From the human T2T-CHM13v2.0 reference genome, Homo sapiens: DNA of 64,000 bases. Shown piece after piece: positions 43,671 to 64,000 of the stretch. Each line of letters opens with the position of its first letter. Positions within the stretch are counted from its first letter, which is position 1. The notes beneath the pieces are model-generated. The model did not search any database and was not told the DNA's origin. It worked only from the letters and a program-made list of their open reading frames with translations. A program made the position numbers and the translations under genes. Where the stretch lies: the NCBI RefSeq assembly GCF_009914755.1, contig NC_060932.1; one strand, given 5' to 3'.

Positions 43671-45699
43671 ACTGCCATGTTTCCAAATCTTGTTTCCTCC
43701 CTAGTTGCCACTTGAAATATGACAGCCATAACCCGGTTCTGTATACGCCATGGAGATAAGGACAGAGTAAGCAAGGCTGTTCTTCAGGGCTAACAGGGGT
43801 AGGGGAGGATGCTTCCTACCTTCCACTAGAAATCTCTGTAACAAGAATTTATGTCTCTCTGACATCTCATGCCAACACTGCATGGCCTGTGGGGAAAAGG
43901 GTCACAGAGAGTACGCAGATAGGTTAACTTATTACCATAAATGTGCTTGGAATTGAAGAAGAAAATCAAGTAAGGGCAAATGGGAAAAAGGTGCTGTCTG
44001 CAGCTGGCATTTACTTTCTGCAAGATTAAAACTTTCAGCTGAATAAACTGATGTCATATCTCTGTAGCTGGTCAGGGGCACATAATGAAATAAAAATGTA
44101 ATGCAGTTGCAGCCCCCCTCAAGAGAAGGTGCAATTTTCATTCCTTCTCTGCATACCTGAAGCACTGCAAACATTGAGAAGGAAAGACAGGTGAGGCCAA
44201 GTGTCTCAGGATGCATTGGGATGTGTGAACTTGAAGGGATGAGAGAGGGAAGAAAGTGACAGATAAATGCTCTTTTGGAATCAGGGCCAATCAAACTGCC
44301 TTTCCTCCCATGACCCACCCTTGTGGTTTTGTGAGGTGGAAAGTATATACGAGAACAATGAAGAATGGGCACTATAACTATTTGAAGAAGGAAAGAAAGA
44401 GAAGACAAAAGAAGGGAGGGAGAGAGGAAGGGAGGGAGAGAGGGAGAGAGAAAAAGAGACTCTGTAATTGAAAATAGTTACAACAGATGCCTTAAAATAA
44501 CCTTGAGAGTCTAGCAATTGGACTTTTAAAAATGTAAAACTCCAAACATGTTTCATCTAGCTCTGTAGTTTCAGAAAGGAGTGAACTGACATGTGAGGAA
44601 GGATTTTGGACAGAAAGGGCAGTTGGACTGAGAAAAATTGTAGCACCTTCCCTGAGAGATTTAAAAATAGCCTCATTGCTCTGGAATGCTAAAGGTGGGT
44701 AGGTCTGAGAGTGGGGAAAGTTCAAGACCAATCTTGGTTTACTCAGATCCTGCTATGTTGTACTACACAGCTAAACTTATTTCTTTTATAGCTGGCAACA
44801 TGAAATGGAAGCCTAAAGTATAAAACTGAGGGAAATTATACAGCGATGAGTGTTTCCAAACATTTTCCAAGGCATTGCAATATTTTTTTTTTCCACAGAA
44901 AAGACTCTCATCCATTCAATGAGCATTTTGGGTTTGAGGTGACATTTGAACTGGGTCATAAAGACAGAAATTAATTATACAGGCAGACAAAAGGAAATAA
45001 AATTACCATTCATTTAAGCATGCTAGATATCCCGTATTTATTATAGCTCAAAGTAATAAAAATTTGTTTTCAGCAACCTCATTTCCTTATTGTCTTTGAT
45101 TTTCACACAGCTTACCACCTCAAACCTTTCCTTTTACCCAACATTTGCTCTCACAAAACATGTGCTGACCTTCCCCCATTAAAAAGCCTTCAAATCAAGC
45201 CATTTAATGTGATAATAAAAGGAAAAAGGCAACTATTCTATGCCAGACATTGTGATGTATATGGTACATTACTCATCTCACTCAATCTTTACAACAAACT
45301 TATTTAGTAACCAAAGTACAGACAAGTTTGACAGTTTGCCCAGAAGGCCAGGATTTTGAACCCTGCTTCTCTCCTTCCTTTAGACTTTGCCAGATATATT
45401 CTATTTCCAGCAATGTCAGGCTTGGTTGCTTGGACCAGCTGTCTCAGTAAAAACAGCTAAAATGAATATATTAAATATATGATAATTTATTTTTTAAACT
45501 TATAAAATAATTATATATAAGATCTATGTATAAAATCTTATACATAGATTATATATAATTGATTATATATGTATACATACATGTACACACATATATGTAA
45601 TATTTATTTATTAATATTTATTCTTTAGAATATAGGATATAATAGGATATATTCACGTCTTCATAGATATATTATAGAGCTGAGAAAGTACTAAGTTAA

Positions 45700-46767
45700 C
45701 ATTGCAAGAGAACAGCAACGCAGAAAAATTGCAAGAGCATCTGGAAGCTAGTCCTGAGGTAATTCACTGAGACTGACAAATTTGAACTTTTGTTTTGATG
45801 GCTTTATGAGATGTGAGGACAGAAGTAAAACCACACTTGCATTAAGATAGGTAATGTAGCTGAAAAATTAGCTGAGAATTTGAAAAACTCTACTCTTATT
45901 ATGATAGTGAATTGGATGTAGACTAAACCTCTCATGGCATTGAAGACCAAGTCAAATCATTCAGGCTTGAATAAAACTGCAAATCTTGAATTTAAATTAA
46001 GTTGTTCCTGATAATGTTAGTTCAGCAGGCATGGGGCAGAAGCAGACAAGTGCTCTTTGGAGAAAGGACATTCATTCTAGACCACAGAGTATTCATACAA
46101 ATAACTTTTAAGGCATAATGACCACAAAGATAGCCAGGCATACAAAAAAATCAGAACACATTAGGGACAACCTAATAACAGACAACAGAAAGATACAGAA
46201 AAAGACCTTATTAACTAAAATGATCAAAAACAGATTATGCTTAATTAGAGAAAAACTTGAAACTAGTATTATTCTTAAACAAATTAGAGAAGAATTTGAA
46301 GGCCATCTGCAGGATATAGGTAATGTTAAAAGGGATATCAATATAAAAATTAAAATTGCTAAAATTAGAACCTTTATAACATGTTAAACAATAGGCATAG
46401 CTAAAGGGAATATTAATGAACTGGAAGACTAATCAGAAGAAAATTTCATGTATGTAGCATAGCATGGAGGAATAAAAAGAGGAAAAACATGAAAGAAGGT
46501 AAGTTATGGAGCATTCAATACAGAAAAATAATTTATATTTAACAGAAATGCTCTGTAATTCTTTAGAATGCTTTAGAATTTCCCTTTAAGAAGAAAAGGA
46601 ATGGGATATAGGTAATATTTAAAAAATAATTATTAAGACTACTCAAAGCAGATGAAAGATGATAAATTACATTTGCAGAATACCAAGAAATCCTAAGCAG
46701 GATAAATTAAAAGAATTATACATTTAGATATATTGTAGCAAAACTATAGAGAAATAGAGACAAAGAA
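45700..46767 (+). mobile_element. Ancient L1M 5'/ORF1 region (left part)
   Basis: Degenerate ORF1 'RIN*KNYTFRYIVAKL*RNRDKE'; continues after the young L1. Confidence 0.6.
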
Positions 46768-46769
46768 AC

Positions 46770-51261
<4,492 letters not shown>

Positions 51262-53090
51262 GAAAAACTCTTCAAAGCAATGTCACAGAAATGACAGTAG
51301 TCTTAACAACAAAAGTCAGAAGACGAGGAAATGTTTTCAGTGTACTGTAAGAAAACAACCGCCAACTAAAATTTTCTACAAAGTTTTCTACAGAAGTATC
51401 AAGAATGAAGGTAAAATAATGTCATTTTCAGACAAAAAGAGATTTTGACACCTATGGAACCCTACTAAAAGAAATTCTACAAGATACACCCAAGCAGAAG
51501 AAAAACACACTCTAATAGAAAGTCTAAAATGCAAAAAGAAAGGAAAGGCTTAGGAAGTGTTAAATATTTGGGTAAATTTAAGCAAACATTGTGCTAAACA
51601 ATAGTATTAATGTCTTGAGGGATTAAAACGATAAAACACGTATCAGTAGCATATAAATTGGAACATAAGTAAATGAAAGGAATCCATTCTAAGTACTTGT
51701 AATGTCTTGGATTAAAGTTATTAATTATTTTTACAATTTGTGAAAGTTACATATATATGTTTTAATGGATAGATAAATACTATATAAGAGAAAGAGGGTA
51801 TATTCATTTCAAAGTCATAGTGGGGAAGCAATGTAATGAAAATACATGTTTGATTCAAAGAAGAAAAGGAAGAAGGCATGATAAAGCAAACACCACAAAT
51901 GGATAGCATAGAATAAAATGGTACATTTATCCTAATGTACCAGTAATTCTATTAAATGTAAATGACTAGATGCTCCAGTTAAAATATAAAGATTGTCAGC
52001 TTGGATAAAAGACAAAAACCATTTATATGCTGTTGAAAAAATGCACATCTAAAAATTAAGGTTAAGGAAAGACCAAAAGCCAAAGATGAAAGAAATGTAT
52101 GTTAGCCAAATACTAACCAAAAAACCCTGGCATTATTTTGCATTTTCTTTTGAGTAATGGCTGATATATCAATGTCAGACAAATTAGACATTAAATTGGT
52201 GCATTACTAGAAATGAATTGGGATAGTGCACAATGATAAAAGGTTTAATTCAACATGAGAATTTAGCAATTTTAAGATTTTATGTTTCTATGTATATAGG
52301 CCTCCTTTCCCCAAAGGGAAATAGATAAATAAATATCATGATGGGAAATTTTAACATACATCTCTCAAAAGTTGATGGGAAAGTCAGAAAAATTAGTAAA
52401 GTTATTTAAGATTTCAATAACACAACAATATATATGTATTTATGTATATAAATTCATATTTAGATATATAAAAATTCATATCCTTTTGAAGAAATGCAGA
52501 ATTTATAATCTTTTGAGGCTCATATGAAACATTTTTTAAAAACAACCAAATGTCATGCTAAAACAAAAATTTATAAATTTCAAATACTGTATTAAGTATA
52601 TTAAGTATTTTATTAAGTATGTTCTTTGACCACAACACCAGTAGCAAATTGAAAATTAGAAAATTCTCATGTTTTGAAATTTTAAAATACACTTCAACTG
52701 ACAATCAAAAGAGAATCAGAATACAAATGAGAAAGTATTTTGAACAGAATGATAATGAAAATATTATATATCAAAACATGTGGGATACAGCTAAAGCTAG
52801 ATACAAATCATAGCTTTAAATGAATTAATTAGAAAAGAGGAAAGGCTGAAATTTGATGATGATGTTAGAAAAAGGAGAGAAAAATATACAAGTAAGTAGT
52901 GGAGCAAATAACAAGAGCAAAAATTAATAAAATATAAAACAGAGAATCAACAAAGTCAAAAGTTTTTTTAAAGACTGATAAAATTGACAAACCTCTGGTG
53001 AAATCAGGAAGGGTGGGAGACAGAGATTGGGGGAGAGAGAGAGAGAGAGATTCCAAATGATCCAAATCAGGAATTAAAAGCTGAATCACT
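51262..53090 (+). mobile_element. Ancient L1M ORF1 end and ORF2 start (right part)
   Basis: Resumes 'KEKLFKA'; ORF2-like 'YFEQNDNENIIYQNMWDTAKA'. Confidence 0.72.
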
Positions 53091-53849
53091 GCAGAATTAC
53101 ATTTTCTCCCACTTTTAAAAGTTATTCTTACTAATAAAGTATTTTACATACTTTTTCTTACTTAATATATTGTAGTGAGTACTTATCATGTAAAACAAAC
53201 AGCTGGTGCTTGCTTAGTTTGTAGTCCTGGCTTTTTTTTTCCCTATGATGTGCTTATTCAAAAGGAAAGTGTATTTTTTTCTCAATTATATTTTACTTAG
53301 AATTAAGGATTATCTTAAATCATAAATGACTGCCATATCATAAAAAAATTAGCTTTTCATTAGATTCATGCAATATGAGCTCCTGAAAGTTTGGAAGTAT
53401 CAGATGAAAATATATGAGAAATTATTTATTTCAAAATTTATTGATAGAACAGAATGGTCCTTGAATTTAAAAAAGGGGGAAAAGTGAAGATGATGATTAT
53501 GAGGAAGTTAATGACTGGGAAAGGTAGAAATGACACAGAAATGGTGAGACTTGTAAATGTGAATGGCCACAGTAATAAAAAGTAAAAGTAGAAAGTCAGT
53601 AATTTCAGACAAATCACTTTATTTACAAGTATGTAATTAAAACATCTGTGTACAATCATTTCTATAGACACTATCTTACAGAGTTGTTTTGTGTCTTTGG
53701 AAAAACTACATATGAGCTTTGGGTTTCAGCTTCTTTTTCTACTAGATGAGTAGACTGGATAAGATAATTCCAAATCTTCAAAATAGGATGGTTATTATGT
53801 TAGAAAGGAAACATTCTAGAAGAATTAAAAGCATAGACTTTAGAGTCAT

Positions 53850-54050
53850 GAATTCATTTGTTCATTTAACAAATATTTATTGAACAACTATTATGTGCCA
53901 GGAGCTCTGTGTTAGACCCTGAGGATAGAGACAAGGTCTTTCTCACCATAGAATTTCTCTTCTATTAAAGAGATGGGCTCTAAACAGGTAAAATATTATG
54001 CAAAAATGTAAAATACTATGTGACATGTGCCATATGAGTAATAGGGTGTT
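53850..54050 (-). mobile_element. L2 3' end
   Basis: 'ttcatttaacaaatatttattgaacaactattatgtgccagg'. Confidence 0.7.
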
Positions 54051-54469
54051 GTGATACAGATTAAAAGAGATGTTTGAAAGCTTCTTGGTACTGTACCTAA
54101 CTTACAATAAAATGCTGGTTGAGATCATAATTTTATTCTAGAAGCCTATAGAGCTGATCTTTAGTCAGGACTCATTTTGTTGCAAAAGGTGGAAACCCAA
54201 CCAATATTGGCTTAATTAAAAAAAAATGGAATGTGTTTATTCATGTATTTTGGAAGCCCAGGGTTGGCTTAGGCACAGTTGAACTTGGTGTCTTGAAGGA
54301 TATTGTCAGGGTTACTTGTTCTTACCTGTTTCCCCTACCCTACTGCCAGAGATAAGCTTCATAAGAGCAGACATTATCTCCAGCTTGAGTGTATGGTGGC
54401 TACAGTCAGGGACAATGGAGGAACAAACGTGTTTGTGGATTGCTGTATTTAGGTCATTTAGGAGGCATT

Positions 54470-54750
54470 TAGGAGGCAGACAGACATTTCCCCCTTTGCT
54501 CTTTTAGTAATAACATCTTCATAAATTTTATTTAGGCATGTGGCCATCTAACTAGAGAACATGTTTCTCAGTCTTCCTTGCAGCTAAGTGTGGCCAATTC
54601 TTCAACAATGCAATGTGATTGGAAGTGATGTGTGCAACTTCTGTACCACTTTTAAAAATCACTTGCCCTCTCCCGGGCTCTATCTCTTTTCCATGTGCTG
54701 AAATGAAGACACAGTGTTGGTTTCACCTGCTTCATCCATGTAGACAGCAC
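54470..54750 (+). mobile_element. ERVL LTR (LTR33-like) fragment
   Basis: 'tttctcagtcttccttgcagctaagtgtggcca...gaagtgatgtgtgcaacttct'. Confidence 0.5.
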
Positions 54751-54869
54751 TCTAGCAACCTTTCTCAATCAGGGGTTTCAGAAAAGAATTAAGCCCTAAT
54801 GTCCTCAGGCATGAGGCATCCGTTGTATAATGCATTGAGTTCTCTCCTATGCATCAAGAATGGTATTAG

Positions 54870-55895
<1,026 letters not shown>

Positions 55896-55976
55896 TGTCC
55901 TTTTGTTTCTTGAGAGGTATTATATTAATGGAAATCTAATATACAACCCACAATTATGCTCTTGAAAGTCCCTTCC

Positions 55977-57412
<1,436 letters not shown>

Positions 57413-57812
57413 TCCTCTTTTCTTCAGGTGTTTTGTGTTGTTTTGCTTTGTTTGTATACAAAGCTGCTGAAGATATGCCACATGATCCAATGTCTTGCTC
57501 ATTCCCAAAGGGGCTTTGTCTCATCCCACTTTCCACCTTTTTATGTAGAGAAACTTGCTTTCTCTGCTAAGTCTTCCCCCTCATATTTTACCTTTGTGGG
57601 TTAGTGTCCATTATTAGTTTACCATTCTCTAGTCTATGTAACCAAAGATAAGGGACCTTGTTGAGAAAGTCAAGGGTGCTCTGTTGAGGACTGAAAGGGG
57701 TGGTGAGGCATTGAGCAGGCAAGGACAACATTCTCTTTAGTAAGTTGTAAAGGAGGAAAAATATAAACACTTGGGAGTTAATAAAACTATCACTGCAATG
57801 TTACATCATTAA

Positions 57813-58235
<423 letters not shown>

Positions 58236-58720
58236 TGAATACTTAATTTGTTAAAAATGTTTTATTAATATAAAACCTGCTGTGAACATCCATGGACATA
58301 CATCTTTGAGTATTTTTCAACTTATTTATTTTGAGCAAGTTTTGTAAAGTGAGATTGCTGGTCCAAAGGAATGCACATTAATGAAAATTTTGCCTTATTG
58401 CCCTTCAGAAAGATTTACCAATTTGTCTTTTACTAATGATGTGAGATATCATTTGTGCCACAATTATGCCAGGACTAGTTATCATCACTTTTTTAAGCTT
58501 TGTCAATTCAATAGGCAACATAATTATTTCATTTATTTCTTCATTAGTGAATCTGAATTTTTTGGTTTTTATCTTTTTTTGTTTTACTCTTATTGATTGT
58601 TGATTTTTAAAATTATATATTTGTTTCCTACTGAGGTTGAATTGTAATTTAACATTTGGCCATGTACCATATGATTTTGTGGTTGGAAAATGTTTTCAAG
58701 ATATTGTTAGCCATAACCGA

Positions 58721-58782
58721 TCATGGTGAAATTTACTAAATTGCAATCCTTTCATGGTGAAATTTACTAAATTGCAATCCTT
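58721..58782. repeat. Perfect 31-bp tandem duplication
   Basis: tcatggtgaaatttactaaattgcaatcctt occurs twice. Confidence 0.97.
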
Positions 58783-59502
58783 TCCTTGACCTTCTTTTCA
58801 ATCATTTGCCCCTATAACTCACACACACACAAAGCAATTCCAGCAGAATGAAATAAATTCATCCAATAATTTTGATAAATCAAACAAAAAAGTTTTGTAA
58901 TAGAACCATGTATCTCTTATCATCTAAGGGTCAGGAACTTATTGCTTTTAAGGAATAAGATAATCATGATGGGTTAGCTAACCTTACAGATGGAAGGAAG
59001 CTCAGGAGGCCCAGCCAACTTAGTGATAGCAACACAGTACATAGGCCAGTTTTGTGCAGTGGCAAGTAAGAAAAGTTAGTATGAAGAAGGGGAAATGCAT
59101 TTCCCGAAGCTTCTGAGCAAGGGCAGAATCAGGACTCAAACTCAGATCTGTCTACAAATCCAGTGTCTTTTTGATAAAAAACAAAAACAAAAAGCAAAAG
59201 AAGACCAAAGGAAATCTAAAGAGAAAGAAAATGATTGTTTCTTTCGTAGGACAGCTATGGTTGATTAGAGGAGGCAGGACATGTTCAAACCTTTCTTTCT
59301 AGCATAAATAAAAGGCTGATTTGGTCATGAGAAAAGTTATGTTTATGGTCAGTAATGTGATAGGCCAAAGAGTTCATGTTTTTAAAAGTTCTGTGTTTTA
59401 ATTATTACATTTATTGCCCTTTATTCTGTTTCCTGACAATTCGAATCCCAGTTGTTCTAGAAGGTTGGTGCCTCCTAAATCCCTCTTCCTCTAACAAGTG
59501 TC

Positions 59503-61399
59503 TGTTTGAAATGCTTGTTCCCCACTGCCGTAAAGAAATAGCACTAGAACATAAATTTAATTTACTCAGCAAGGCCATTTTTATACTTTCTGCAGAAAGG
59601 GTACACTCGCCAGCAGTTTTGCCATGAGAGTACACCAAACAAAGGAGACAGGGTCATTTATAACCTGACAGATCCACCCTACTGCTGTGTCTGGTTTCCA
59701 TCGGCTGGAATGGGATCTAACATTCTGTATTTGACCCGATTGGCTAGCAACTTAGAACTTTTTAAAAGAGGCAAAGGTAGAGGAAAACAAAGGAAGGAGG
59801 AAGTAACTTGTGGAATGCTGAGAAAGGTAAAAACACCTTTAAATAAGGAAGAGGAACAGGTTATGTCCTAATGCTTGCTTGGACCATTATAAGCATGCCA
59901 GGGCAAATATTTAGGCTAAGTTGTAGGAGCTAAGAACATAAAGTACATTGATTTCTTTATCATGGCTAGCAGATATTTAAGAATGTCCCCTGGTGTGATT
60001 CCATCCTGTGTGGCTGTTCTCTGGAGCAGCATTCGTTTATCTTCGTCCGCCTTCTCTCCTACCTAAGTGCGTGCTGCCTCCCGATGGAAGATCTGATGGA
60101 CGTGGACATGAGCTCCCTGAGGCCCCAGAACTATCTTTTTGGTTGTGAACTAAAGGCTGACAAAGATTGTCACTTTAAGGTGGATAATGATGAAAATGAG
60201 CGCCAGTTGTCTTTAAGAACGGTCAGTTTAGGGGCTGGTGCAAAGGATGAATTGCACATTGTTGAAGCAGAGGCAATGAATTACGAAGGCAGCCCAATTA
60301 AAGTAACACTGGCAACTTTGAAAATGTCTGTACAGCCAACGGTTTCCCTTGGGGGCTTTGAAACAACACCACCAGTAGTCTTAAGGTTGAAGTGTGGTTC
60401 AGGGCCAGTGCATATTAGTGGACAGCACTTAGTAGCTGTGGAGGAAGATGCAGAGTCAGAAGATGAAGAGGAGGAGGATGTGAAACTCTTAAGTATATCT
60501 GGAAAGCGATCTGCCCTCGGAGGTAGTAGCAAGCTTCCACAGAAAAAAGTAAAACTTGCTGCTGATGAAGATGATGATGATGATGAAGAAGATGATGATG
60601 ATGAAGATGATGATGATGATTTTAATGATGAGGAAGCTGAAGAAAAAGTGCCAGTGAAGCAATCTATACAAGATACTCCAGCCAAAAATGCACAAAAGTC
60701 AAATCAGAATGGAAAAGACTCAAAACCATCAACACCAAGATCAAAAGGACAAGAATCTTTCAAAAAACAGGAAAAAAACTCCTAAAACACCAAAAGGACC
60801 TAGTTCTGTAAAAGACATTAAAGCAAAAATGCAAGCAAGTATAGAAAAAGGTGGTTCTCTTCCCAAAGTGGAAGCCAAGTTCATCAATTACGTGAAGAAT
60901 TGCTTCCGGATGACTGACCAAGAGGCTATTCAAGATCTCTGGCAGTGGAGGAAGTCTCTTTAAGAAAATAGTTTAAACAATTTGTTAAAAATTTTCCGTC
61001 TTATTTCATTTCTGTAACAGTTGATATCTGGCTGTCCTTTTTATAATGCAGAGTGAGAACTTTCCCTACCGTGTTTGATAAATGTTGTCCAGGTTCTATT
61101 GCCAAGAATGTGTTGTCCAAAATGCCTGTTTAGTTTTTAAAGATGGAACTCCACCCTTTGCTTGGTTTTAAGTATGTATGGAATGTTATGATAGGACACA
61201 GTAGTAGCGGTGGTCAGACATGGAAATCGTGGGGAGACAAAAATATACCTGTGAAATAAAACTCAGTATTTTAATAAAGTAAAAAAAAAAAGAATGGTAG
61301 CACAGGTCTTTAAATAAATGTTGCTTGTAAGATAAGTTACTATTTATTTCTAATCAAATGGGGAGGAAAGTCTTTGAAGAGGAACCTTTATTTTTTACA
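59503..61399 (-). mobile_element. LTR10C-like (HERV-I) solo LTR, split by the NPM1 retrocopy
   Basis: Minus strand TGTAAAAAATAAAGGTTCCTCTTCAAAGAC...CATTTCAAACA; 4-bp TSD tgtc/tgtc. Confidence 0.75.
59986..61291 (+). pseudogene. NPM1: Processed pseudogene of nucleophosmin (NPM1/B23); which numbered NPM1P locus is not determined
   Basis: Intronless; NPM1 5'UTR; [13 protein letters not shown]...; C-terminus ...[12 protein letters not shown] in a second frame; AATAAA, poly(A) and TSD aagaatg; +1 A at ~60772-60778. Confidence 0.97.
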
Positions 61400-61659
61400 T
61401 GTCCCATGCAGGTCAAGCTCACATGGAACTGTTTGACACTTGGAGCTTGTCCCACTCAACTTCCAATTGATTATCTTACAACTTCTCTTGCTTTCTGAAC
61501 ATCCTTGGATGTTATTTCTACTTGCCCCTTACACAGATTGCTAGCATCTCATATGAGAAGTTTAATCCCCAGTGGAAAGCAAGGCACACAGTAGGGTTTA
61601 TTGTAAATGCAATGTGAATGATCTAATGATGACTTAAACAGCTCTACAGAAAGATTCAA

Positions 61660-61870
61660 CCAATATTTATGAAGCAACTGCTAGGTGGTAGTTACCTTCA
61701 TATGAGTTATTAAACTCTTAAAATCATCCTGCCATGTAGAAGATATTGGCCCATTTTTCAGATGACAGGAATGAGGTCAAGAAGAGTCAATTAATTTCTC
61801 AAGATTCCACTCTCAGTGGGGCTGGGATTTGAATTCTGGTTTCTTGGCATCAAAACTGGTGCTCTTTTCA
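61660..61870 (-). mobile_element. MIR
   Basis: 'cccatttttcagatga...gggctgggatttgaattctgg'. Confidence 0.65.
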
Positions 61871-62854
61871 CAGACCTGTGCTCCTGCTGGATTTGCTCAG
61901 CATAACCTGATCATAGGTGGAAGAGCTTTGCACAGAGACCTATAATGACTGAAGAACTTATTGACAGACAATGAGAAAAGAGTATCATAATTATTTTGTT
62001 GGTTCTTGCTAACCAAACTCCATGGTGCCTATGTTCTTGGGCAAAGATTGATTTTAAAAAGCAAAATAAAGTACAGAGAGACTGCTTTTGCATTGAAGTG
62101 AAAATTGATGGGGTTTCAGGAAGCAAATTATTGGATTTGTGATTGTTTTCTGCTAGATAAATATCCAAGCAGAATTTTCAGGGGCTATAAATGCAAATTG
62201 CTCACACTATTAAAAATGTACTTAATGCTAAGGACGTTTTAGCATGCCTATAGAACTTGACTGTTTCTGCCTGAAAATGTTAAATGTAGGAAAAGCATAA
62301 TGAGACTTCCTAAACATTCTGTAAATGACATTAAGTACATTATTTCCTCATTAAAAATAAAAGAATTTCATAGAACAAAATAAATGTTAAGTGCTACAAA
62401 TTGCTTTGTATAGCTACTTTTCTATTAAAGCAGATTACACTATAAATGGGAATCCAGCTTCATTAAGCTCTCACAGGTCAGGTTATTCCACTAATAGATC
62501 ACCAACAGTACTTAGTGTAATTCCTTTGCTTTCTTCAAGAGCTTTTGCCACTAAAAAATAGGCAAAATCCATACCCATTCCCCCACCAAAAAGCAAAATT
62601 GGAATAGTTTGTGGGTGTCAAATTTGTAAACTGCCATTTGAGGATGTATGTGTTTCAAAATCTGTTGTTTAAGCCATTAGAAATGGTTGAACTTTTCATA
62701 AAGAATCATTGCTTACAAAAGAAATTTTAGAGATGGATAGAATTGTTTCATCAGTGGGAAGAATGGAAAAATCTGCCAGGTTTCAAGAATTCATACATCA
62801 CAAGGGAATTCATAAACCTAATTATGAGAATGCTGTTTAAAAATTTTAAAAAAA

Positions 62855-63550
62855 TATTTAAAAATTGTGGTTAAATATACACAACATAAAATGTACCATG
62901 TTAACCATTTTTAAGTTTACAGTTCTGTGGCATTAAGTCCGTTCCCATTTTTGTGCAATGATCACCACTGTTCATCTCCACAAGTTTTTCATCTTTCCAA
63001 ATTGACATTCTGTACATTAAACAAGAACTCCCTACTCCCTATTCCCCTCTCCCCCTCACTCCTGGCAACCACCACTCTACTTTCTGTCTCACATCAATGG
63101 AATCATACAGTATTTGTCCTTTCGTGTTGCATAAAGACTTCAGTGTTCGTGAATGTTGCAGCATGTGTCAGAATTTCCTTTCTTTTAAATAAATACTCCT
63201 TTGTACATGTATGCTACATTTTGTTTATCTATTGACTCATCAGTGGATACTTGGGTTGCTTTTATCTATTGTCTATGCAGATAATGCTGCTATGAACATG
63301 ATGTGCAATATCTTTTGGAGTCCATGCTTTCTATGTATGCTGCCTTTGGGTATACTTCCAGAAGTGGACTTGCTGAATCATATGGTAATTCCATGTTTAA
63401 TTTTTTGAGCAACCACCATCTAGTTTTCAAAATGATTATATTATTTTACACTCCCACCAGCAATGCACAAAGGTTCTCATTCCTCCACCTCCTCATCAAC
63501 ACATGTAATTATTTTTTAAAAATAATATTCATCCTCTTGGGTGTGAGAGA
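62855..63550 (-). mobile_element. L1MB-type 3' end
   Basis: 'aacataaaatgtaccatgttaaccatttttaag...cctggcaaccaccactctactttctgtctc'. Confidence 0.78.
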
Positions 63551-64000
63551 AGAATGTTCTTAACACTAAACTTAAAATTTTTTTTATTTGCTAAAGTTCT
63601 TTAAACTCACTGATCTCTACTAAATTGTTTATATTTTTAGATGTAATTTTATACTTTTTTGATAGTTACTTGACTAGTTCTGTCTCTTTCATTAGCCTGT
63701 AAGCTCAAAAGAGTGTAGAATATGTCTAGTTAGCAAAATTTTCCAGCATATAATAAGTGCTCAATAAAGTAAGTATCTGTCAAGCGTATAAGTAGCAGAA
63801 TTAATAAATTCCCAGGTCAGTACTTTTCTAGTTCATTTTCATTCTATTCAGCAAATTTGAATGATCACCTACCATTTACCAAATAGTATTTAACAGTATC
63901 CTGAGAATACTGTTAAATATCTTTGCTCAGATGTTGTCTTTCTTAAAACTGGTTATCTTTGTTAAAACCCTAACCCATACCATCAGAACTTGAGGCAATT

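Noticed and set aside
60281-60685. Poly-Ser antisense ORF
   Set aside because: It is only the reverse complement of the NPM1 GAT/GAA acidic tract.

Overview
This is mammalian, primate (probably human or hominoid) genomic DNA. It is dense in transposable elements and contains no intact cellular protein-coding gene, RNA gene or CRISPR array that I can support. Most ORFs in the track are L1 ORF1/ORF2 fragments, Alu-derived frames or chance frames. Main contents: (i) a rearranged 0.6-3.4 kb cluster, with an ERV1 LTR split by a twin-primed L1PA7, a tail-less Alu and two locally templated insertions; (ii) an ancient MER34-group provirus remnant (~19.8-27.6 kb, tRNA-Ser PBS) hosting two HERV-W (LTR17) solo LTRs, an LTR9-like LTR, a MER4 fragment, MER41A and two Alus; (iii) a full-length dead L1PA8/10-type element and a 5'-truncated L1PA4-type element inserted in-frame into an older L1; (iv) a near-full-length NPM1 processed pseudogene inside an LTR10C-like LTR, disabled by a single +1 A. 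Repeat subfamily names come from my recollection of consensus sequences, not from a database search, and old-repeat boundaries are approximate. I found no new gene system. The most unusual signals are the DNA-repair and retrotransposition scars.
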